Shown: piece by piece, positions 33,001-36,843 of the stretch
Layout: every line of letters begins with the position of its first letter
Numbering within the stretch: position 1 is the stretch's first letter
Assembly: GCA_964230645.1 (NCBI GenBank)
Contig: CAXRHT010000002.1
Span: forward strand, 608,001-672,000
Direction of reading: 5' to 3'
Origin: Bdellovibrionales bacterium
Lineage (GTDB): Bacteria; Bdellovibrionota; Bdellovibrionia; Bdellovibrionales; JAGQZY01
DNA length: 64,000 bases
The notes under the pieces: generated by a model
The model's database searches: none
What the model was told of the DNA's origin: nothing
Seen by the model: the letters and a program-made list of their open reading frames with translations, nothing else
Made by a program: the position numbers and the translations under genes

Positions 33001-34637
33001 GCTGTAAATCCACCAATGTTTTCTAGCTCAAAAGTATGAGTGATCGCTCCACCGGTGGGAATTGTTCCAAAGTTATAAGGATCCGTTTCAGTGATCGTGA
33101 TTTGTGCCGGCACGGCTCCAGTTCCCTGAATATCTCTAGAGACATTGGCGGCGGCTAAGCCGGTGTTGTAATTTAAACTGATTTGGCTATTACTAATTGT
33201 CGCAACCGTTGGCGCAAACTCGATCACAAGATCACAAGTCGCACCCGGAGCAATCGTCAAATTACAATCGCCTCCCGTTCCAGGATAAGCCCCTCCTAGA
33301 TAACGGAAAGGAGCTGCCAAAGCTCCCGAGTCGGTCACCATACTAGCTGAGAAACCACCTGTATTTGTAACCTCAAATATATGAGTGGCCGTGCTTCCAA
33401 TAGCCGTAACCCCGTAATCGTAAAGAGGATCTTCAGAAATACTGAGACTGGCCGGCGTGACCGATTGACCTTGAATATCTCTTTCAGCGGTATCAAGCTC
33501 TCCGCCGTTATTGTAATTCATTATGACAGTGTCTGTGAATGTATTAGCATTGATCGGTGTGAATTCTATTTCGATACTACAGGTCGCCGATGGCGCAAGA
33601 GTCGCTCCACAATCTCCACCGGTCCCGGGATATGTACCACCACCGGAAAACGCAAAAGGAAAAGCAAGACCCGTTCCCGAAACACTTGTTGCGGGAAGTC
33701 CTCCGGTATTAGTTACATTTAAGATAACTGTTGCTGTTTGTGAGTTGATAATAGTTCCGAAGTCGTAAAGAGGGGCCTCGGTGATTTCAAGTTGTGCTGG
33801 CACGACCCCTTCACCGACTAGATCTCTAAGAGTCGAAACATTCGTAATACCATTGTCATACTGAACTTCAATTTGATCGTTCTGAATCCCAACATTATTG
33901 GGCGTGAAAGTAACAACGAAGGTACAACTTCCATTGGGTTGAAGCTCGGTACCACAGGTACCACCTTCTCCAGGCCACTCGTTGCCTTGAATTTCATAAG
34001 GAAAATCAAGGCCCACTTCTTTAATATTTTTTGCGACAGCCCCATTAGGAATATTGGTTAGAGAAAAAACTTTTTCCCCTGAAGTGTTCAGAGGCTGCAA
34101 CCCAAAGTCATAGGGGTCTGCTTCACTGATAGTGAGTTCGGCCGGGTCTGTTCCACGCCCCCTCAATTCAAGAGTGGAACTGCCCTCAGCTTTATTGTCG
34201 TTAAAGCCTATCGTCAGTTCTCCATCGTAGGCAATGGTGTCCACTGGATTAAAGCGAAGGACCATCTTACAGAAATCACCCTCTCTTAGGGTCTCAATAC
34301 AATCCCCACCGACTCCTGGAAATTTTCCACCTTCAAACACAAACTCAGGTGTAGTCAGACGATCACGCAATTTGAGCGCATCCATTCCACCGATATTTAT
34401 AATATAAACTTCAAAAAAGGAACGTCCGGGAGAAACAGCGGTGGCACCAAAATCGATACTTGTTACACTGCCCGCTTCACTCGTTGTTGTGGAGAAAACA
34501 AGAACGGCTCCTTCACCATCGGGAGGTTCATTGACGTCAGCAATACAAGACACCAGAAATGGCATCAGTGTGACAACCAGAAATTTTGTTAGGACTTTAA
34601 AAAGTCGTAACTCTTTCAAGACGGTCTTCTCCCTCAA
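6093..34637 (-). CDS. Giant (~9,500 aa) surface lipoprotein: 76 Cys-paired Ig-like (ASH/choice-of-anchor-D-like) modules, Ig/FN3 domains and a unique C-terminal domain
   Basis: Uninterrupted ORF with N-terminal lipobox FLVSC. An alternative TTG start at 34619 has a GGGAG RBS. Module consensus LxI(S/T)ExDPYD(F/Y)G...(H)xFTxxNxGG...APF.F.GG.(Y/F)PGxGGxC...L..GxxCxIxVx(F/Y)xP...D.I.I.YxxG...RDxxG. An FN3 domain lies at ~7170-7455. Confidence 0.92.
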   Translation of the reverse strand: MREKTVLKELRLFKVLTKFLVVTLMPFLVSCIADVNEPPDGEGAVLVFSTTTSEAGSVTSIDFGATAVSPGRSFFEVYIINIGGMDALKLRDRLTTPEFVFEGGKFPGVGGDCIETLREGDFCKMVLRFNPVDTIAYDGELTIGFNDNKAEGSSTLELRGRGTDPAELTISEADPYDFGLQPLNTSGEKVFSLTNIPNGAVAKNIKEVGLDFPYEIQGNEWPGEGGTCGTELQPNGSCTFVVTFTPNNVGIQNDQIEVQYDNGITNVSTLRDLVGEGVVPAQLEITEAPLYDFGTIINSQTATVILNVTNTGGLPATSVSGTGLAFPFAFSGGGTYPGTGGDCGATLAPSATCSIEIEFTPINANTFTDTVIMNYNNGGELDTAERDIQGQSVTPASLSISEDPLYDYGVTAIGSTATHIFEVTNTGGFSASMVTDSGALAAPFRYLGGAYPGTGGDCNLTIAPGATCDLVIEFAPTVATISNSQISLNYNTGLAAANVSRDIQGTGAVPAQITITETDPYNFGTIPTGGAITHTFELENIGGFTASSISEIALSGPFSFTGGTFPGAGGDCGTTLTATATCDIEVQFSPSVTGIQTGSINISYFDGAANQNSIRLIEGSGVTPANLEISDGPVYDYGSPVIGAQVDKTFTVTNSGGYIATGLVGGGILPPYEYSGGTYPGGGTCTGSLAAGSTCTIIVRYSPAAVGIDDDTIEIDYFDGVNSQTALRDITGTGVVPAFLTITDSPLYDYDTIAVNSTAVHIFTIDNIGGAPATTMAEVGLAAPFQFVGGSYPGTGGTCGVTLANGDQCDLAIEFAPTAVGLYNDTIELDYFDGAATQTLLRDVSGNGAPPANLTINLGPSFDYGQNAVGSQTDQTFIITNTGGVVASSMNGVGLAPPFDYAGGSYPGTGGDCGATLAPTNTCNIVVTYSPNTLAVHNDTILIDYNDGVAAQQADRDVTGEGVNPALLEISEAPSFDYGTVAEGSVTNHTFNIVNNGDVPANNITDLAGLAAPFSYAGGTYPGTGGNCGTSLAVSATCSIVVNYAPTATGNTADTIEIQYDDGASVVSTLRDIEGTSVSPALLTIDLAPTFNFGQVPTGALRTQTFTITNTGAFGASLMAGGGLAPPYQFVGGSYPGGGDCAATLAPGSSCTVGVEYAPATVALHDDTLEISYDDGANVQTATRDLSGEGVAPALLEISDGPTFNYGTVATNSDNFHTFTVSNTGGFEASALADAGSLALPFQFSGAGYPGAGGNCAATLAAGSNCTIEVQYSPTVTASDSSTIEINYSNGVIATSSTRPVIGSAVNPAVITITEAEPYDFGTIATTGVVTQIFQLGNTGDVPATAIAETTLSAPYSFTGGAFPGAGGDCSSTLANGGTCNIEVQFAPVSTGTHTSTITIQYNDGSSVVTSTRGVTGVGAAPANISITDGPLYDYGTLAQGASSVRVFTLNNGGGVAATLMAGSGISAPYSFEGGTYPGISGDCGATLAPASSCDIAVSFNPATSGTFNETIDINYFNGASNVSSSRDITGVGAAPALLTISETNPYNFGLIANGGLVSHSFTVTNSGGVAATAVVESGIAAPFRYLGGSYPGTGGDCGATVGVGASCDIVIEYAPTATGVNADTISFSYNNGTSVVTSDRDIQGTATTPANLQISETDPYDYGNQAVGSNTPHIFTITNSGGVTATSVADGAGLAAPFSYVGGTYPGTGGDCGASLNALASCSIEIVYSPTAAVNSTDTIEIDYNDGTGAQTSLRDIEGTASNPANLTITEMDPYDFGTVTVTASRNHTFTIANTGGVAATVINEVGINAPFGFAGGSFPGTGGTCTATLNSGSSCDVVFQFAPVASGVFTDTIDFNYFDGVNTQSLTRDIQGTGLTPAVLDISEIDPYDFGTRPTGHVEPHTFVITNSGGTLATGIAGGGLAAPFRFEGGTYPGASGDCGATLAVGASCNIVVEYAPIAANPSHTDSIEINYNDGAAPQISSRDVQGVAVTPANLSITETDPYSFGTLATGSARTHVFTITNGGGFVASSISEVGLAAPYSFTGGAYPGVGGDCSGNLAPGSSCDIEIQYSPSVVSAADNDSIDISYFDGVNTQNELRNVTGVAVAPASLSITESDPYDYGTLATGGVRTHTFTITNGGGFQASSINETTLAAPFDFTGAGFPGASGTCTATLAPAASCDIEVAYSPVSTGLATGTITIAYNNGAATVTEARTLQGTGASPATLTITDGPTYDFGNVTQGASRSRIFTVTNTGAVPATTVGGSGLVAPFSFTGGSFPGTGGDCTTSIANGASCLIQVSFAPTSPIASNDSIEINFNDGVSGQTVTRDVIGTGITPATIMISETDPYDYGLIADGGTLNHTFTLNNAGGSSATVLSEVGLNPPFAFAGGGFPGTGGDCGASLAAGASCDIVVAFSPVGTGVYSDSIELSYNDGAAVQSSVRDVQGTAGAPALLTVAGPDPYNFGTKANGSTSVVTLSITNTGAVSATSLADGLGLAAPYAFTGAGYPGTGGTCGASLSASASCDVEVQFNPSSIGASSDTLEITYNDGATAQTLTHDIEGSAAAPALLDITAADPYDYGSVAVGATRANTFTVSNTGGVAATGLNETGVSGNFRYVGGSYPGTGGTCGVAITSGGSCDLVIEFAPAATGALTDTIDLAYNNGVSVVSSTQNIQGTGLSPAVISISELDPYNFGTHPTGRVIQKTFVVSNTGGAPATGLAGSGLAAPFRFEGSSYPGTSGDCTGTLAAGDNCNIVVEYAPVAANGLDTDTVLIDYNDGAAAQQSTRNVEGTSVTPANLSITETDPYNFGTLATGSTGAHVFTITNGGGFQASAISEVGLGAPFTFVGGAFPGTAGDCSGTLAAGSSCDIEIQYSPSVVSVSDTDTIDISYNDGVNPQNTLRDVAGVAVTPASLTISEMSPYDYGTLATGATRNHVFTITNGGGFQATAINELTLAAPFDFTGAGFPGASGTCTASLAPSASCNIEVAYSPVATGLANGTITIEYFNGATTVTEARTLQGTGASPATLTITDGPTYDFGNVTQGATAAKIFTVTNTGAVPATTVGGSGLVAPFSFTGGSFPGTGGDCGATINNGDSCLIQVTFAPTSAVASNDSVEINFNDGVTGQTATRDILGTGITPAMITVSETGTYNYGLIASGGTSTHTFTLTNGGGSTATGITESTLTAPFDFLGGGYPGTGGNCGGTLAAGSSCNVVVEFTPGSNGVYSSTLTFDYSDGAALQAATRALQGTAGTPATLVVGGADPYDFGTKALGSTSVRVLTITNTGAVPAISIADGAGLALPFDYTAASFPGTNGTCTATLAAGSSCDIEVSYNPTAVGTLTDTIEIVYDNGATAQTLNHDLTGTGANPALIGISESDPHDYGSVTQNASSNHVFTLTNSGGVAATAITEIGLAAPYAFTGGSFPGTAGTCVTTLGAGATCDIDVEFAPTSTGLLTDTISIQYNNGAGTVTSDRDVQGTGIAPAILALSDGPGTYDYGTRPTGSVNSKTFTVSNTGGSTALGMAGSGLAAPFTFAGGAYPGAGGDCAGTLASGSSCLIVVQYNPISVSASDTDTILIDYNDGSAAQTATRDLSGIAVSPANLTITETDPYNFGTLSTGSTGTHIFTITNGGGFQASAISEVGLSAPFTFTSGSFPGAGGDCSATLAAGSSCDIEIQYSPSVVSASDTDSINISYNDGVNPQNTLRDVAGVAVTPASISITESDPYDYGTLATGASRSHVFTLTNGGGFQASAISEISLSAPFDFTGAGFPGTSGTCTTTLAPAASCDIEVAYSPVSTGVASGTITIQYNNGTTTVSEARTLQGTGAAPATLTITDGPTYDFGNVTQGATASKVFTLTNTGAVPATTVGGSGLVAPFSFTGGSFPGTGGDCGTTINNGDSCLIQVTFAPTTAVTSNDTIDINFNDGVTSQTSSRDVMGTGITPALISISESGTYDYGLIASGGTITHTFTLTNNGGSTATGITETLLSSPFDFLGGGFPGTGGSCGGTLAAAASCNVVVEFAPGSNGVYSSTMSFDYNDGAAPQSVARPLQGTAGTPATLAVGGPDPYDFGTKANGSTSFVILNITNSGAVAATSMADGLGLGAPYAFTGAGYPGTNGTCTATLAAGSSCDVEVQYNPSGVGATTDTVTVTYNDGASAQTLSHDIQGTAAAPALLGISEGNPYDYGNVAVGSSTTHTFTVSNTGGVPATGLSEIGISGNFQYVGGTYPGTGGTCGVAITNGGSCDLVIEFAPSGTGVLTDTIDLAYNNGVSVVNTTRNLQGTGLSPAVISISELDPYNFGTHPTGRVIQKIFVVSNTGGAPATGLAGSGLAAPFRFEGSSYPGTSGDCAGTLPSGDSCNIVVEYAPVAANGLDTDTVLIDYNDGASSQQSTRDIEGTSVTPANLSITETDPYNFGTLATGASNAHVFTISNGGGFQASAISEVGLNAPYTFTGGAFPGTAGDCSGTLAAGSSCDIEIQYAPGSVSAADDDTINISYNNGVVVQNTLRDITGVAVAPADLEITETDPYDYGTLATGASRPHVFTISNAGSFTASAISEVTLSAPFDFTGAGFPGSNGNCTATLAPAASCDIEVAFSPTVTGAQSATIDIQYFNGASTVTSSRDIQGTGAAPATITITESDPYDFGSVTQGATLTHIFTLNNTGAVAATTIGGSGLTAPFSFTGGSFPGTGGDCTATLASGGSCDIAVTFAPTAPVASSSQIDINYNNGASLTTVSRDVVGTGITPAQLTISETNPFDFGLVATGGVNTHAFTIDNIGDSPATAISEVGLNAPFNFLGGSFPGTGGNCGSSLGAGVSCSIVVAFSPVATGPFPDSIQIDYNDGAAPQSVLRQVQGTGGTPANLVVGGADPYDFGTKANGSTTVATLTITNSGSLPATGLSDAAGLASPFDYTGAAYPGITGTCAATLAAGSNCTVQIQFTPTGAGLATDILAIDYDDGAAAQTLNHDVQGTGATPAVIAISESDPHDYGNITQGASSNHIFTLTNNGNVPATAISEISLGAPFTFTGGSFPGTAGTCTTTLAVSGTCDLDVEFAPLGTGLLTGTLEIQYNNGATVVTSARDLQGTGLAPASLTISGGPGTFDYGTRPTGSVNPQTFVVSNGGGSTATGIAGSGLAAPYSFQGGSYPGVGGNCGATLAASSSCNIVVEYNPVSVSAADTDTILIDYNDGASPQTSTRDLTAVAVAPASLTITETDPYNFGTLATGASRTHIFTVSNGGGFQASAMVESGLGAPYGYAGGSYPGTGGDCAATLAAGSSCDIEVEYAPGVVSPAHDDTISFAYNDGVNPQTATRDVTGVAVSPASITISETGTYDMGTVAVGGNTTHIFTLTNGGGFTASALTEIALSGDFDFTGGAYPGDSGTCAVTLAPSASCDVEIIFAPTSTGLASSSLTIQYANGANTVNTARPLQGTGAAPATITITETDTYDFGSVTVGANLSHIFTLNNTGAVAATAVGGSGLVSPFSFTGGSFPGAGGDCTATIPAGGSCDIEVTFAPVSAAASNSSIDINFNDGAVPQTSSRLISGTGIAPAMITISGTDPYDYGLIANGGTATQTFTLTNSGASSATGIVESGLAAPFDFLGGGFPGTGGDCLGTLGAGASCDIVVEFAPGSINPFSDTIEIDYNNGAVPATALRDIQGSGGAPAVLAWDGGATYDYLIKAVGSSTPHVFTITNTGAVTATSMADGGGLSSPYTFTGGAYPGTGGDCGATLAAGATCLVDVSFEPAATGTFTDTALVSFNSGATAQSSGQDLTGEGASPASLTISETNPYDYGDVAITASLNHIFTVTNGGGVAATTMAETGIGAPYAFTGGTYPGDSGTCGTTLSSGGTCTLDISFTPTATGVQPDVIELDYYNGAIAQTALRQIQGRGVAPANLTITESDPYNYTTVPTGSSNLHTFTITNTGGIVATAMGGSGLAAPYSFAGGTYPGAGGDCGVTLGVGANCDIVVEYAPVAPSTPTHDDTIQIDYNNGVTAANVTRDVIGTAVLPALLEISESDPYNYGTLATGSSSTHIFTISNTGDFQASAMIESGVGAPFIYAGGAFPGTGGNCSTTLNAGDSCTVEVQYAPSATGTQVGAISFAYSDGVNPQTVDRVIQGTGVNPASLTIGGADPYDYGTVATSSSEPNVFTVSNGGNFQASSISISGLGGDFDFVGGTFPGTGGTCTTTLNPASNCTLVVEFGPSATGLSTTTMQIDYNDGATVQNTTVDLQGIGSSPAQITISETEPYDYGNVTVGVGVNHTFTLSNTGGVPATGIAGGGVVSPFNFLGGTFPGTGGTCTGTLNNGDSCTIIVRYAPAAVGTLFDEIDITYNDGAVAQTSSRGIQGTGITPANITISESNPYDFGLVANGGTKSYAFTLTNSGSTTATSLSETGLGAPYGYLGGPYPGTGGDCGVTLGAGANCTIVVEFAPLTSGAKLDTIEFGYNDGVTTQTATRDLQGTGGAPATLTITESDPYNYGTLAQGSSTDHTFIISNGGAVQATGMVDAGSMSAPFVFKGSAYPGTGGTCGATLASGGNCTIVVSFEPAIAGPQADTIDITYNNGVNTQSLTRDVEGTAAAPASLAISESDPYNFGTLATGATRTHTFSVNNSGGVVAGSLAEVSLSAPFRFMGGSYPGTGGTCSTSLSAGASCNLVIEYAPIATGSHADTITMSYFNGVATQNATRDIEGEGVSPANLTISGADPYSFGTRPTGAVRTATYTISNGGGFQATSIAGSGLAAPYSFVGGSYPGTGGNCGATLNSGASCDIVIEYAPVAVSGADNDTLLIDYNDGVVAQQSSKDLQAVAVAPATLTITESDPYNFGTLATGATNTHTFTIENTGGFQATSLLENGIAAPYRYFGGTYPGTGGNCAATLAAGATCDIVIEYAPGVPGTNNDTITMNYFDGVNSQASNRDITGTGVNPANLTITESDPYDYGSLAVGATRAHTFTVTNGGNFGASSIAEVGLGLPFRFVGGSFPGAGGTCTGTLAPSASCDLVVEFAPTGTGLATSTISLSYNNGAATVASDRDIQGTGAAAAFITISEVDPYDYGSVTVNATKSYSFTLNNTGGVTATGMGGSGLASPFNFLGGSYPGTGGSCGASLPNGSNCTVVVEFAPTSAVGSNDTIEINYFNGAASATSTRDVQGTGISPAVIGISESDPYSYGLIANGGTRSHTFTLTNTGASPATAMSEVGLAAPFNFLGGGYPGTGGDCGSTLAAGGGTCTIVVQYSPSAIGANSDSIEISYNNGATVQTSIRDIQGSAGAPATLIFSGVSPYDFGTRATGSTTEQTFTVTNGGAVTASAMADAGTMAAPFSFKGGSYPGVGGSCGPTLASGADCTIVVNFEPSINGPQSDNIELNFNNGAILTSASHPVEGEGTDPASLSISESNPFDFGNVTVSASNNHIFTVTNGGGVTATALAEVGLGGSFGFVGGTYPGTTGTCGATLSSGGSCTLNVQFAPAGTGLSTDTISMSYNNGAITQNANRDIQGTGVAAANLTISETDPYNFGTLPVGGAETHIFTVQNTGGSQATSVSGLGLAVPYSFLGGSYPGTGGTCGTTINPAANCTVVVEYAPLSLSGSDDDSVQIDYNNGVAAASVERDVTGVAVSPATLTITESDPYNFGTLATGATADHIFTITNTGDFQATSMSIIGLASPYRFLGGSYPGTGGDCAATLASGASCDIAIEYAPTLVSAADDETINVQYDNGAVVTNSQRDVTGVAVSPAQITISESDPYSFGDVAVGASTTHTFTLTNGGGFTASSIAEVGLGLPFRFLGGSFPGTGGNCTASLAPASGCTVVIEFAPSTTGIQPDTINFQYNNGATVVNAERDVQGTGSAAATLTISETDPFDYGPVTVNGFRLKTFNITNTGGVSATSVGGSGLVAPFSFNGGSFPGTGGTCGATVASADSCTVVVRFAPTSAGNIADTLEINYFDGAAATTSSRDIEGTGINPAVITISETGTYDFGLIAAGGRRTHTFTLTNTGDSAASSLSESGLAAPFDFLGAGYPGTGGTCGATLAAGGGTCTIVVEYTPATNGVDTGSIQIDYVDGAVAQSATRDLQGTAGSPATLDFVDAPSYNYGTQPNGITVEYTFTITNNGAVTATAIADAATMNAPFEFKGGTYPGVGGDCAGTLASTASCDVVVTYSPIASGPQNDQIELNFNNGAIVTNTTLDIQGTGAAPALLAISESDPYNFGSFAVGGGANHVFTVSNTGGVPATAISEVGLAAPFTYVGGSYPGTGGTCAGSLANGSSCDIAVRYAPSSTGTDSDLIEFSYNNGVTATTSTRQVQGSGVPAAILTISGANPEDFGNVTVGNNDVISLTVTNTGGLTATSMAGGGLVAPFTFEGGSYPGTTGTCTTSLTAGSNCTISLRFQPTMTGLASDIVEIDYNDGVVVQTANMSIQGTGQNPATLTISNGPTYDFGSVATNSTNEQVFTVQYSGDDAATSVTGAGLAAPYTFKGGTYPGTGGDCGAVITTDCNIVVVFNPTTAGTFNDSIEIDYNDGAGPQQATRDLTGISNDPATLSISESDPYNYGGVVQNGSAVHIFTITNGGSFAATSISELTLSAPFGFSGGSFPGDNGDCTATLGPGLDCDIEVEFAPTSTGVIADTITISYNNGVTTQSVARDIQGTGNSPATLTISDGPTYDFGVTLSGSLKTKTFVVNNTGQTDASGISGSGLIAPYDFNGGSFPGTGGNCAGTLTAGSSCNIVVSYQPSSEQVDGDTILIDYNDGVLAQQVTRPITGEGVNQPDPPTTFAFVNPVSSPSPDTTPLIRVSGGAVASGATVRLYANSSCTGGTEIGTQISSGTNVDVQVTSALGLGITALYADLTDANGFNSNCSTAFVNYEVDQTAPNAATTIAHATVWHDSQSTSPNVTWTTSTSLDVDFQEIGISTSPLGGNDAGGWKSLPFPGDNQADSDQLTGLGLARCTPYYATIRTVDNAGNNSVLAVAGVPFEVDIDDPGAPGGGTIVLNDFATGTQSRIATWAASTDDCDLDRYEISIGTSAGATDAMGWLDIGLVTTYRPVDGVDGASFTLANGVDYFVNVRAIDESGKISTVSSSPSFRTQPPNPVDDLLLAERASTEISMIWTDPGSSGSPVSDYKLFYRLDGAGAWTRAPVDPVTDATSGTVTGLTPSTDYEFMVVASNGTDAPASNIIDAKTGPNTPFFDPTLFTAINLGGADNDCRVMAAFDGTAIEVTRGGGTLLTDNLDAGDVRDWNCQQFDQVQADGPIYAMGNLNNRMHIGFQDRGMSGKNFLVTGTRSTPHRLSVFAFENSTVEFYRDGVLRRTEVMNAGDSYTYSDGQDGAFEVVSDALIAMHFSSNYRDDGQIVPPAAEKLIGFPSRTGYISPSGTGIVNMYRSDSTSYTQSATAGNIFSVPDTGAEYSGLVMKAEAPFVMGGNSNADSNGLSSAAWVSPALFRENFIVAGDMDWVAIAAENPIDVEVVNLGTGAVEETITMTGTSDFNIFRHYWGPNNGMNEGRLLRAVNPGDKFIMWYQPGPRTGYQEQEDETLSFGFDN
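8415..34500 (-). repeat. Intragenic tandem array of ~343-nt modules with a ~2.4-kb super-repeat
   Basis: The 'GL(I/V)AxGG' module recurs at 29987, 27584, 25181, 22775, 20372, 17966, 15563, 13163 and 10757 (spacings 2400-2406 nt, i.e. 7 modules). Confidence 0.92.
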
Positions 34638-34732
34638 GCTTGTAAGTCCCTTTCAGTTTAATTCTTTCTGAGAGCCATCCAGAAATAACTTAAAAAAATT
34701 AGAACTTTACTCGCGTTAACTTCCTAACTAGC

Positions 34733-34759
34733 TTATCGGCGAGGTCTGGCTAATCTTGA
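34733..34759 (-). promoter_or_regulatory. Sigma-28 (FliA) promoter of the giant gene
   Basis: Minus strand TCAA-gattagccagacctc(15)-GCCGATAA, about 100 nt upstream of the start. Confidence 0.75.
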
Positions 34760-34981
34760 ATAAAAATGAAGAAAAATTAGACAGTTATCGTAAATCGGGT
34801 CAAAAACCTAAAAACAAATTTCTGACACCCCTAAACTTATGTCTCAAAAATAGAATTTATTGAGCAACCCCCACCTATCTTATTGAAAATTAACCGATTT
34901 TATAAAGAGTATTTATTTCGTTTCATTGACTTTCAAATACCTAAAGTCTAATTCATAAAAATTCTTAAACCCCCTCTAGGA

Positions 34982-35485
34982 GTGATTTTGAAAAAATTGT
35001 TTTTATTAATTTTCGTCCTTTTCCAAACCGCAACGCTCTTGGCTCAAGAAAAGGCGATTGATCCAAAGTTTGTTTTCATGACCCGCCATCAAGGCTACAC
35101 CTGCGAGCGTTGGGGCAAGCAAGGATACAAAGAGTCAGAACTCGAAAAATCAGGTTTTTTATTTGAAAGCCTCGATATTTCGCGAAATACGAGAGAGGTC
35201 AAAATCCAAGTTCTTCAAAAAGAATCGGACTGCCTTTACACCTCTTACTTCTCTCGCAATAAGGGAGAAACATTTGTGACATTTGAATTCTCAGAGGTGA
35301 ATCCAGTATCAAGTTGTCAAAATGTAAAGGAAGAAATGGATACTTTTATGATGCAAGGTTGGGACTACAAGATAAAGCAAAACGCCTATATGTCCGTCTA
35401 CTTTAATGCCGGCATTGATAGTCAGTGTTCAGACAGCACCGGTAAATCTTATGCACGTTTCTACTATGACATCCTGGCTAACTAG
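34982..35485 (+). CDS. Hypothetical secreted protein (4 Cys)
   Basis: Signal peptide; AGGAG RBS suggests a start at GTG 34982 or TTG 34988; a terminator follows. Confidence 0.72.
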   Translation: MILKKLFLLIFVLFQTATLLAQEKAIDPKFVFMTRHQGYTCERWGKQGYKESELEKSGFLFESLDISRNTREVKIQVLQKESDCLYTSYFSRNKGETFVTFEFSEVNPVSSCQNVKEEMDTFMMQGWDYKIKQNAYMSVYFNAGIDSQCSDSTGKSYARFYYDILAN

Positions 35486-35506
35486 CCAAATAAATGTTCA
35501 ATCAAT

Positions 35507-35540
35507 AAAAAAACCCGAAACAAAGTTTCGGGTTTTTTTT
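35507..35540. terminator. Bidirectional Rho-independent terminator
   Basis: AAAAAAACCCGAAAC-aaa-GTTTCGGGTTTTTTTT between convergent genes. Confidence 0.85.
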
Positions 35541-35563
35541 AATTCTTAAGCTTTATTATTTTT

Positions 35564-36118
35564 TTAGAAAGCCAAACCGAAGTTAAATTCAGCCACTGGT
35601 TCAAGGCCGCTGATTGACGCCGTATCAATTGTAGTCGCAGTAGCATCATCAAGCTCGGTATTTTGTAAACCGGCACCAAGTTGCATATTCACGGTATCCC
35701 ACATCCACATATAACCTAGTAGTAAAGACGTGGAGAAACCAGTCACATCATCCTCTTCAAAAGTCGCTGAGTTTTCAGTTTCAGCATTCACAAAATCAAG
35801 GGTCCCCGCTAGGTACCAACTGTCTGTATAGGTTTGATCAAAGAAAAATTGACCACGAGCTCCGTAGCTCAAAACGTCAGCATCGTTATTGCCGTCTTCA
35901 AGTTCATAAAAAGCCACTTGAGGGCCAAGTGTAAAGCGCTCACTTAAGGTAAAATCCAAGCCAAGACTAGAGACTCCGTAAAGAAGACCCACAGGATTGA
36001 GGCGGATGTTAAGTGTTTTGTCGGAGGGCTCATCGAAATCCGTTCGACTTGTGTTTTGCCCCATAGCGGGTGCGGCCAAAAATAGTGTGGCCGTTAAGGC
36101 CATCAGTTTTTTAAGCAT
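35564..36118 (-). CDS. Small outer-membrane beta-barrel protein (DUF3575-like)
   Basis: Start MLKKLM with AAGGAG RBS, signal peptide, amphipathic strands (LNPVGLL, LGYMWMW, MQLGAG) and C-terminal Phe (FNFGLAF). Confidence 0.7.
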   Translation of the reverse strand: MLKKLMALTATLFLAAPAMGQNTSRTDFDEPSDKTLNIRLNPVGLLYGVSSLGLDFTLSERFTLGPQVAFYELEDGNNDADVLSYGARGQFFFDQTYTDSWYLAGTLDFVNAETENSATFEEDDVTGFSTSLLLGYMWMWDTVNMQLGAGLQNTELDDATATTIDTASISGLEPVAEFNFGLAF

Positions 36119-36240
36119 ATAAACTCCTTTTCTTAGTTTAAAGGCAAAGCGTAACTCTAAACGGTGAAAAGGGCTTGAAGCCGCTTTGATGTTAATATTA
36201 AGAAAAGTAGACAATTACGGAGGGCTAAATGACACTCCGT

Positions 36241-36789
36241 TTAGGTTTCAAATTCAAAACCAATCATAGGATAAAGATGGGAAACGTCGGGATCGCCCAC
36301 TTCGTTTATTTTCTTGTAATTGTATAAAATGGAAAGACGAATTCTCACGCGGTACTTCACGTACATAATCCAGTTATAGTAATAGCCAACCTGCGCGTTG
36401 TAAGACCAGCCTTCGCTACTGCGTGTGCCCGCCACACGGTTGAGGTAACCAGCCCCCACTTCAACAAAAAGAGGACGGTTAAAAGCAAACCCCACACCGA
36501 GTGAAAGGTCTTTAACCTGACGATTAAAGTCGTGGATGACTTGCAGTCCGCCTCTGAAATTCTGCCCACCATAAAAGAGATTAAAATGTCCATGGGTGGT
36601 TTGATCGGTTGTTTCTGTGCCCTGAACCCTTTCCCTTTGCCAGTCGAACATTCCATCTAATGAGATGATCCACTTATCTGGTTGATCAAGATTGGGAAGA
36701 TAACCATCATTGATGTTCGTGCCTCGAGGGAAATACTGCGCCTCAAGAACAGGGGTAAAAAAGAAAATAAGGATTAAAAGAAGTTTCAT
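36241..36789 (-). CDS. Putative small outer-membrane beta-barrel protein
   Basis: Signal peptide, alternating Gly/aromatic strands (FVEVGAGY, YNAQVGYY), ends IGFEFET. Confidence 0.6.
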   Translation of the reverse strand: MKLLLILIFFFTPVLEAQYFPRGTNINDGYLPNLDQPDKWIISLDGMFDWQRERVQGTETTDQTTHGHFNLFYGGQNFRGGLQVIHDFNRQVKDLSLGVGFAFNRPLFVEVGAGYLNRVAGTRSSEGWSYNAQVGYYYNWIMYVKYRVRIRLSILYNYKKINEVGDPDVSHLYPMIGFEFET

Positions 36790-36794
36790 AAGAT

Positions 36795-36824
36795 AAAAAA
36801 AAAGCCCTCAATGCTGAGGGCTTT
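36795..36824 (-). terminator. Rho-independent terminator
   Basis: A-run, then GCCCTCA-atgc-TGAGGGC-TTTT, downstream of the 36844 gene. Confidence 0.75.
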
Positions 36825-36843
36825 TAAGACCTAAAGTCGATGT

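Noticed and set aside
6093..34637. Giant ORF as an assembly artefact
   Set aside because: Repeat units differ extensively at synonymous sites and no two modules appear identical; the frame is intact for 28.5 kb.
6093..34637. RTX/T1SS adhesin or autotransporter call
   Set aside because: No GGxGxDxL nonapeptides and no C-terminal barrel; an N-terminal lipobox and abundant Cys argue against it.
6277..34671. Dozens of 60-155 aa ORFs overlapping the giant gene on both strands
   Set aside because: Shadow frames produced by the repetitive, codon-biased giant ORF; no recognisable motifs.
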